Shown here: one piece after another, positions 57,461-64,000 of the stretch
Position numbering within the stretch: the stretch's first letter is position 1
Layout: every line of letters starts with the position of its first letter
Source of the DNA: Trypanosoma brucei
Taxonomy: Eukaryota
Length of the DNA: 64,000 nt
Assembly: GCA_000002445.1 (NCBI GenBank)
Contig: CP000069.1
Location: 1,120,001-1,184,000, forward strand
Direction: 5' to 3'
Notes under the pieces: generated by a model
The model's database searches: none
Seen by the model: the letters and a program-made list of their open reading frames with translations, nothing else
What the model was told of the DNA's origin: nothing
Translations under genes and position numbers: made by a program

Positions 57461-58252
57461 TTAAACGACTTGTCCAATAGCCATAAGATAATACCGCTCC
57501 GCTAAAGGCCAGTTACATGCCTTAAAATAGTTTTCAACGTATTGTTTCAACCCTGAAGTCCCGTAGTCTAAAATGTAGGCACTCTCATGAACATTCAGTG
57601 CAAGAAGGGGAATAAGATCGCTAGCGATTGGACATGAACCGTGAGGAAACTCCACCACATCAAAATGCACCCCGGACCATACCAAATACACCCAACCACA
57701 CCGTTCTTGGTGAGAAGCCGCTGTTACCCATACAATTCGGCGGACTTCATCCACTGCATCGGCGGAACCATTAGTTCCGTACTGCAGCTGTAGTGCCTCA
57801 CGTAACCGCGGTGGAGGTGCAGTACCCCATGGGCGCAGAGACTTGTAGAAGAAGCAGTAATTAAAGTGTTCCGACGCCGCAGTGTGGGCTACGGCTTGTG
57901 TAGCGTCAAAAGAAGTCTTCCGTATCACAGTTTCGAGATTGTGTCCCTCAAGTGGTGTGCCTAATGTGTGACGGTTGAGTGTTTCCACAACATCGCGATG
58001 AAAGAGGGAGTATTGCATATCGAACTGATCCTTGGAGAAAAGAGCAGGAATACCGCTCGAAACAGGGTAGTTTAATCGTGGTTGACTGAAAAATCCGGTT
58101 TCCTCTTTTGCTTTGTCAGCCCGGGCCGCAGCAGCCTCCGTCTCACGGAAAACTGCGGTTGCGATATTGGAAGGCATAAAAGTCTCTCCCATCTGAACAG
58201 ACGCGCCCTTTGGGACGTATGCATGATAACTAAGGCGCCGGCACAAACGCAT
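57461..58252 (-). CDS. Fe/Mn-superoxide-dismutase-fold protein with degenerate metal ligands and mitochondrial presequence (probable non-catalytic, mitoribosomal mS42/mS43-like)
   Basis: Both SOD domains are recognisable. The N-terminal domain reads PRLNYPVSSGIPALFSKDQFDMQYSLFHRDVVETLN and EHFNYCFFYKSL. The C-terminal domain reads GWVYLVW...LIPLLALNVHESAYILDY...YFKACNWPLAERYY, against the consensus GWvWLv...pllgiDVWEHAYYldY...fWnvvNW. The Asp of DVWEH is replaced by Asn and the ligand His by Ser. The N-terminal HH pair is reduced to one His. The N-terminus MRLCRRLSYHAYVPKG is presequence-like. Confidence 0.7.
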   Translation of the reverse strand: MRLCRRLSYHAYVPKGASVQMGETFMPSNIATAVFRETEAAAARADKAKEETGFFSQPRLNYPVSSGIPALFSKDQFDMQYSLFHRDVVETLNRHTLGTPLEGHNLETVIRKTSFDATQAVAHTAASEHFNYCFFYKSLRPWGTAPPPRLREALQLQYGTNGSADAVDEVRRIVWVTAASHQERCGWVYLVWSGVHFDVVEFPHGSCPIASDLIPLLALNVHESAYILDYGTSGLKQYVENYFKACNWPLAERYYLMAIGQVV

Positions 58253-58441
58253 AAGGTAGACCTACAATTCAAGTGCTTTCTGCAGAGACGAATATACGCT
58301 TTGCCGCTTATTGACGCTATGCCGTACAAAACGAGACAATTAAAGTGAAAAGAAAAGACACATTATATGTAGAGAAAAACAAGGAGGGAGTACAAAAAAA
58401 AAAGAGGTTAAGTACATAACAACAATAGGCGGTAGACCACA

Positions 58442-58488
<47 letters not shown>
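58442..58488. repeat. (AC)n-(AT)n compound microsatellite
   Basis: acacacacacacacacacacacacacatatatatatatatatatata. Confidence 0.85.
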
Positions 58489-58690
58489 CCGCAATAATGA
58501 TCGCGCGTCGAATATGTCACCACGATAAGATTGCATACTCCTCTCCCGTTTGACCTCATGCAACTCTCCCCGTCTCATCACTGTCTCGCGTGATTGACCG
58601 CGGAAGTGAACATTTAATAGAACAAAAACTAGCACAGGAGGGCCTTTCAGAATTGCCTGACACGCTGCACCGGTACAAAAAATCGTGCAA

Positions 58691-59416
58691 TCAATTAGTC
58701 GAGACCTCCACATGAGAAGGTTGTGGTACCGCTGAAGCCAACTGCTGTTTCTTCGCCACCGCAGCGCGCGCAATGTCACGCAATAGTTGCTCCTTGTCGA
58801 TTCCGTACTTTTCTAAAACCTCTTCAACCTTTTTTCCGTCTTCCATGGGGAGAATTTCCTTTTCCATCGACTCCACAAGCATTTGAGCCTGCTTCTGCAG
58901 GACGAAATTTTTCTGTATTTCCTTCTGCCTCACTAAAATATGGCGACGGATCCGCTCTCCATACGTGGAGCGTAGTTCTGGGCCACTGCGCTTCAAAATA
59001 AAGTTATCGAATCCACCATCCTTCTCAACTTCAAACATTGCCGCCTCCACCATTGGCACCTGTACCCAGTGGTCAAGCACATCACTATAGTGAATCCCCG
59101 TCTTCACATACGGGTATTTCAACTGCCGATAAACGTTTTGAACCTGTCGGGATGTACGCACCCGCTCACGAACACGTTCGTTGAGCCAAATAACATCCAT
59201 CTCTTGCGGTGGCTTCGGTAAAAAAGAACGCTGCGTAACACCACTCATACGGTAAAGAGAATAACGATTAACTTTGTTGCACCACGCCGCCCACGGCGGG
59301 AGACCCATCGAAACATAACGATTAACCAGCCCCCGAGGCGGCCCATGCGGTGCAACTGATGTTTCTGGATTTAGCGCGAATGTTGAAAAGAGTCGAACAT
59401 CTGTGTTCCGTAACAT
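58691..59416 (-). CDS. hypothetical mitochondrial-targeted protein
   Basis: This is a 241-aa ORF with its ATG at 59414..59416. The N-terminus MLRNTDVRLFSTFALN is presequence-like. The C-terminal half is K/E-rich and helical. Confidence 0.55.
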   Translation of the reverse strand: MLRNTDVRLFSTFALNPETSVAPHGPPRGLVNRYVSMGLPPWAAWCNKVNRYSLYRMSGVTQRSFLPKPPQEMDVIWLNERVRERVRTSRQVQNVYRQLKYPYVKTGIHYSDVLDHWVQVPMVEAAMFEVEKDGGFDNFILKRSGPELRSTYGERIRRHILVRQKEIQKNFVLQKQAQMLVESMEKEILPMEDGKKVEEVLEKYGIDKEQLLRDIARAAVAKKQQLASAVPQPSHVEVSTN

Positions 59417-60290
59417 TCCCTACTCTTCCACCCACGCGAGGGGTCGGAAAATCTCTCAAAACAAAAAAAAAAATAGGTCCAGCAAAAGTAAATAAAGAAG
59501 AGACTAAAATAATTAAAAAAAGAAGAGTGATACTTAAGTGAGGAACAAAAAAAAGGGAGAAAATATATTACGACATGGATGATTTGAGACTACCACATGG
59601 GAAATATGGCTTAAAGTGTCGGACACACGATACAAACACGTGTTACTTTGACTTGTTGACATCATGGCCTCATATGAAAAATATGTCGTGTCATCTGTAC
59701 GAAAATAATAGTCACAATATTAAAGATAAAATACATATTTCCCTTTCTTCACTCATTTATATCATTAGGCGACGCAGTCGAGAGTTTCGTTGATCTCCCT
59801 GCGATTGAAACAAAACCAAAAGAAAAGGCATAAATAATATCATCAACAAAAAGAAAAGAAGGGGAAAAAATGCAAAATAATTAGAGGCTGCAAAAAAAAA
59901 AAAAAACTTCGCGGGCTGCCAAGAAAGCATAATGGCAACGCCAGCCACAAATAAGAAAGAAAAAAGAAGAAGCGATACAAAAATAAAAAAATTAAAAATC
60001 GATATGTGACGCGAGTATACACAATGGGTCCCCATTGTAGCAGCACCCCAATCCCTGAGTAACATTATAGTTAGTTACTGGGATATTTGTGAAATGAAGT
60101 ATGGTGGTAACTTACCTCAACGCACCAAATAAAGTAAAATTGGGACGACGAATGGCAAACAATAAAACGAAAGCGTACGTGGGGAGGAAAGACAAGCATG
60201 AGTGTATTTCAAAATTTTAATAATAGCAATGACAGAAAAAATATTTGAAAAAAAAAATAAATCATGTGCATTGTCTGAGATGTGAAAACA

Positions 60291-61112
60291 TTAGTGAGAA
60301 GCACCGGGTGGGGGTAGGCAAATGGGAAAGGACACATGAAATTGAACAGGAGTGTAAACATAAAGTTCTCCACTGCGCACCGAAAGCGGCATCACATAAA
60401 CTCCAGGAAGTTGTGTACCTGGTGGAGCAAATCCAATGCCTGTTTCATCTGTTTGTCCCTGTGCCGTTACTTTGTTGATTGGTTGAGTTACCCTCCGCCG
60501 CTCTGTTGGAAGAGAGAAATTGTTAGAAGGGGAGGCAAGCTCAGTGAACAATTCGCGACCAGCACCCGTCGGAACCGTGGAGGAGCTTTCAGTTGATTTC
60601 GGCTCGATGAAGTTGCGGTCAGTAATACACGTGTCTGAAGAAACACTCCATGTGTCACCACGGTAAGGTTCCTCGTGATGGAAGAGGCAACGTGAGCCAA
60701 ATGCACAGAGGCCAGTTTTACAGAATTGTTTGCATAACTTCTTTTTCCCAAAAGTGTGAGGCTTCACAGTCGGCGAACGCATGCAGTTGCCCTCCGTGTG
60801 AATTACTTCTGCCGGGCTGGAGCCGACCCTCCCGGTGAGTGTTGATGTGACTGCGCGGGTCCGCACTTCGCCCTGTTTTTGCAAGGACGACACAACGCAG
60901 CTCACATATTCCTCCAAATTCTCCATGTTGTGAATGGGTCGTGACATGTCCACTACTCGAGATACCTCCCATGGTGATACACTGAGATATGCTGCAAGCA
61001 CTCGAATAGCCGTGTCTGTTGTGAAGTCACCGCTGTGAGTTGGAAATGAAGCACGAATGAACGACTGCAAGTCACTGAACTTGTCCAAACCGGACCCGGA
61101 AGGGAACCCCAT
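60291..61112 (-). CDS. CCCH-type zinc-finger protein (probable RNA-binding)
   Basis: There is a single C-x8-C-x5-C-x3-H finger: C KQFCKTGL C AFGSR C LFH H. The first ATG is at 61110..61112 (MGFPSGSG...); the track start at 61193 is TTG. Confidence 0.7.
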   Translation of the reverse strand: MGFPSGSGLDKFSDLQSFIRASFPTHSGDFTTDTAIRVLAAYLSVSPWEVSRVVDMSRPIHNMENLEEYVSCVVSSLQKQGEVRTRAVTSTLTGRVGSSPAEVIHTEGNCMRSPTVKPHTFGKKKLCKQFCKTGLCAFGSRCLFHHEEPYRGDTWSVSSDTCITDRNFIEPKSTESSSTVPTGAGRELFTELASPSNNFSLPTERRRVTQPINKVTAQGQTDETGIGFAPPGTQLPGVYVMPLSVRSGELYVYTPVQFHVSFPICLPPPGASH

Positions 61113-61985
61113 AAAAATGCAAGTGACCGCTTGTCCAATAAATCCAAACCAGTACACAAACGAGTTGTGGAAAGCCTTCTCTCGGACAATCAAAATCCTT
61201 CTTTACTTTCGCTGGTTATCTTATTCTTCCTACTGCGATGGTAAACCGAATACACACACACGCACACGACCCTTTCGTCTCAGGATTTAGGTGGACAGAA
61301 ACGGAAAACAAGGAAGAATTAAAGCAAAATTTATGCAAAAAAAAACCTAGCAAAGAGTATCACAGCTTTCAGATGAAAAGAATTCAGGCAAACAGTACCA
61401 TTAATTCTTTTAACCACGGAACAGCATCAAACTCCGTATCATCGGAGAAGGGAGCGGACGCCCCTATAAGAATAAGGATTGAAAACTCACAGAGAGGAGT
61501 TGTGAAACCCCTTCCCCCTTCCCCCTACACACACACACACACACAGTAACAAAGGGAAGAACAGCATGCGTTAACAAAAACACACACGCATGATAGTAAA
61601 CCTCAAATAGAGTAATAGGACGCGGTTGGGGTCTCTTTACCCTTCAACCATTACAGGAGAGCATTAGCGACAAACAAAAGAAAAAAACGCATTGACAAAG
61701 GAGGGCGGACAACTTTCCCCAAAGTGGCGCTCCTCACGTAAGAAAATGGGCCACCGCATCAATAACTCGGTCACAAGCGAAGGTTTTTAACTAGGTGCCT
61801 ACTTGAATTTATGATGGAATACGGGCAACGCGACGAAGGAAGAAAAACAAGGTTATATTACATGGATATTACAAGCAACCCAAGTCCATACAAATGAGAA
61901 ACTGATTAGGCGAAAACAGCATACTGCGATATTTAAAGAGCCCCAACACTCACGGGACGGTTCATACGGTACAGGAACGATAAGG

Positions 61986-62369
61986 CTAGTTGGGCATCAA
62001 CTGCTCATAGTCGTATCCCTCTTTCCCAGAAATATAGAACCAAATAACAACGAGACTGAACAAACCGGGGATTATGCAAATTGCGCTGACAACAATTAGC
62101 GCGATGCTGCGAGGGACATCCCACGTGAAGTAAAAACAGAGAATAGCAAGGGTAAGGAGAGTCAAACCAACGCCTGAAAGGGCAAAACCCAAAACAAACG
62201 AGCTCCAGCCATTCCAGTACAAGTCACCCACACGTCGTTCCGCACCCATGGGATCGTGGGGACATAACCATGCGCAAAACTTCGACGTGCCTCTGGGAAA
62301 CTTTTCGTCAGGTTCAATCGGTACCTCCATAACATCCGACCCGACTGGCCGGTACCGGATACCGCTCAT
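61986..62369 (-). CDS. small two-TM membrane protein, hypothetical
   Basis: The 127-aa protein has a hydrophilic N-terminus followed by two TM helices (SFVLGFALSGVGLTLLTLAILCFYF and IALIVVSAICIIPGLFSLVVIWFYI). The ATG is at 62367..62369. Confidence 0.5.
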   Translation of the reverse strand: MSGIRYRPVGSDVMEVPIEPDEKFPRGTSKFCAWLCPHDPMGAERRVGDLYWNGWSSFVLGFALSGVGLTLLTLAILCFYFTWDVPRSIALIVVSAICIIPGLFSLVVIWFYISGKEGYDYEQLMPN

Positions 62370-62767
62370 ATTTGTCTACTACCTGAGGAAACAGAAACAA
62401 ACTGCCGATGCTTGTGTAATCAGTTTGGTGTATGTTTCCTTGAAAGGGGAAAAAGAAAAGGGTAGAAAGAAAAGAAGAAGGGCAACGTGCGGGGTCGTAT
62501 AAGAAACACACATACTTATCCTATCGGAGCGAATCAACGTATAGCAACGGTGCAGAAAACCGGGAATACATTTGTACTTCCTATAGAAAAAAGTGAAATG
62601 GACATGCTCCATCTTTCAAAAAATCAGCCGCCATCCACCCATCCCTCTTCATTCCAGCTAAACTTCTGTCGGCACGCTAGGAGACCGATCACCAAATAAT
62701 CAGGGGGAACTTATGAACAATTTCAAATGTATTCTCATAGCTTGATAGATCAAATGCGCTACTCACT

Positions 62768-63553
62768 TCAGTGTGCCGTTGCTATAGGGTAAGATGTTGA
62801 TGGGGAACCCTGAAAAACCTGTGGGTAGTCGCGGCGGAGAGCATCCATTATATTGTCCACTGACGCCCGAATATCGCGAGCAGAACCCGCAGCGCGCAAT
62901 ATCGTTAAGGAGAGTTTCCGATCGTTTGCCACCGCAATGCAAGCCGCAAGGGCGGCCACGATGTCCTGTTGTTGAGTTCGATAACCGTGGAACAAATCCG
63001 GATAACGCTGGATAAAAAATTGATCAAACGTTAGCGCTGGGTTAAACCTGCCCGCCGTTTCAAATTCTTCCTTTAAGCGCATCTGCTCCCGGTATGGAAG
63101 CAAAGCGCGGAGAAGTATATAATAAGCCACACTGTGTGGAGGAAGCTGCCACGACTGTATGTTCTTGAGAAGATATATCGGAGAGTTTGTGTCGGACAGC
63201 TGCATCATCGCCAATATAAGCAATAAAGCTGTGGAAAAGAACAAAAAACGCAACATCTGCATAGCCGCTGCAGGAGGCTGCGCCCCACACGCACCGCTGC
63301 TACAACTACCGCCACCCTGTGATGAATACTGCGGCATGGCTTCCACTATTTTTTTCGAGAATCGCTCACGCAATTGCCGCTCACGCTCCAATTCCTCGCG
63401 ATCTTCCTGCTCTGCATTTGCCTTGTTCTCCTTATTGCACAGAAGAGATGTAGTGTGTAACACACATTTGGGCTCTAGCATGGCCAATCCTGGGATGGGT
63501 ACCCTTCTCGGCAGCCGGTTTATTAATGTCCCAGTCATTCCTGATACAGTCAT
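62768..63553 (-). CDS. hypothetical membrane protein
   Basis: This is a 261-aa ORF with its ATG at 63551..63553. A charged coiled segment (EQEDREELERERQLRERF) is followed by a hydrophobic helix (MLRFLFFSTALLLILAMMQL) and a conserved-looking C-terminal domain. No family was recognised. Confidence 0.5.
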   Translation of the reverse strand: MTVSGMTGTLINRLPRRVPIPGLAMLEPKCVLHTTSLLCNKENKANAEQEDREELERERQLRERFSKKIVEAMPQYSSQGGGSCSSGACGAQPPAAAMQMLRFLFFSTALLLILAMMQLSDTNSPIYLLKNIQSWQLPPHSVAYYILLRALLPYREQMRLKEEFETAGRFNPALTFDQFFIQRYPDLFHGYRTQQQDIVAALAACIAVANDRKLSLTILRAAGSARDIRASVDNIMDALRRDYPQVFQGSPSTSYPIATAH

Positions 63554-64000
63554 TGAGGCTCTACACTGCGTATGTACACGACCGCGCTTAAGATACGTGC
63601 GAAATGTATATTATGCGTTGTGACATCCAAGATAGGAGAGAAATTAGGGAAACATAGAATACAAAACAAGGGTTAAAGTAAGATGACCATTCTCAAATCA
63701 GGGCCAACATCAATGTTCGAAAGTTGCGCACACACAGTAACTCTGAAACGTTTAGATGACGCGGCGGGTGGAACACGACACAAATACGCACACACAAAGA
63801 GGAGGATCGAACGACCCAATGAAACGGTACGCGCACCAACAGATGAAGGGAATGAATCAGCGCTACCACGGCTAATAAAGTGCGAACATGGAGTTCATTT
63901 TGCGCACATGTATTCTTACTTTTACCCGCTTGTTATCGTACACTTCACGGTTAATGCCCAACTCCTCTGCCCCGGGTAGGTAGAGCCAGCACCAGTTGTG

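Noticed and set aside
1-64000. Search for retroelements (ingi/RIME/SLACS), VSG/ESAG/RHS genes, rRNA, SL-RNA or CRISPR-like arrays
   Set aside because: There are no long ORFs with RT/endonuclease motifs and no Cys-rich VSG-like ORFs. There are no tandem direct repeats longer than ~50 bp. Only short microsatellites are present.

Overview
All evidence here is from reading the sequence by eye; no database searches or structure predictions were run. This 64-kb window looks like the core (non-subtelomeric) part of an African-trypanosome chromosome. The closest match from memory is Trypanosoma brucei chromosome 6, where mitochondrial HSP70 and the SGT co-chaperone also lie in the same neighbourhood.

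About 31 protein-coding genes are present and all of them are on the minus strand. The window is therefore one unidirectional polycistronic transcription unit with no strand-switch region. I found no rRNA, tRNA or spliced-leader (SL) RNA genes, no ingi/RIME/SLACS retroelements and no VSG/ESAG/RHS-type genes. Intergenic regions show the usual kinetoplastid pattern: short (TA)n, (CA)n, (GA)n and (CAAA)n microsatellites, and polypyrimidine tracts (PPTs) that appear AG- or A-rich on the + strand, just upstream of each minus-strand ORF.

Genes I can name with reasonable support:
- mitochondrial HSP70
- an RBR (Ariadne-type) E3 ubiquitin ligase
- a two-domain AAA ATPase
- a replication factor C small subunit
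- a nuclear poly(A)-binding protein (PABPN1/PABP2 type)
- SGT, a small glutamine-rich TPR co-chaperone
- a J-domain protein
- a CCCH zinc-finger protein
- a DMT-family sugar-nucleotide/triose-phosphate-like transporter
- an LRR protein
- an SH3-like protein
- a reticulon-like protein

Nothing here looks like a dramatic new system. The observations most worth a second look are:
- a 52-aa TMA7-family ORF that the ORF track misses because it is under 60 aa
- a Fe/Mn-SOD-fold protein that has lost metal-ligand residues and has a mitochondrial presequence, pointing to a mitoribosomal mS42/mS43-like role
- a Cid1/TUTase-like nucleotidyltransferase with a PAP-associated domain whose catalytic DxD motif is degenerate, suggesting a pseudo-enzyme
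- a two-ADF-H-domain, twinfilin-like protein
- only one mtHSP70 copy, where I recall a tandem array in the T. brucei reference
- an approximately 1-kb tract of near-pure polypyrimidine on the + strand (polypurine in transcript sense) inside a 2.5-kb ORF-free interval

The ORF track labels TTG/GTG/CTG starts as M. I trimmed several N-terminal extensions back to the first in-frame ATG located downstream of an obvious PPT.
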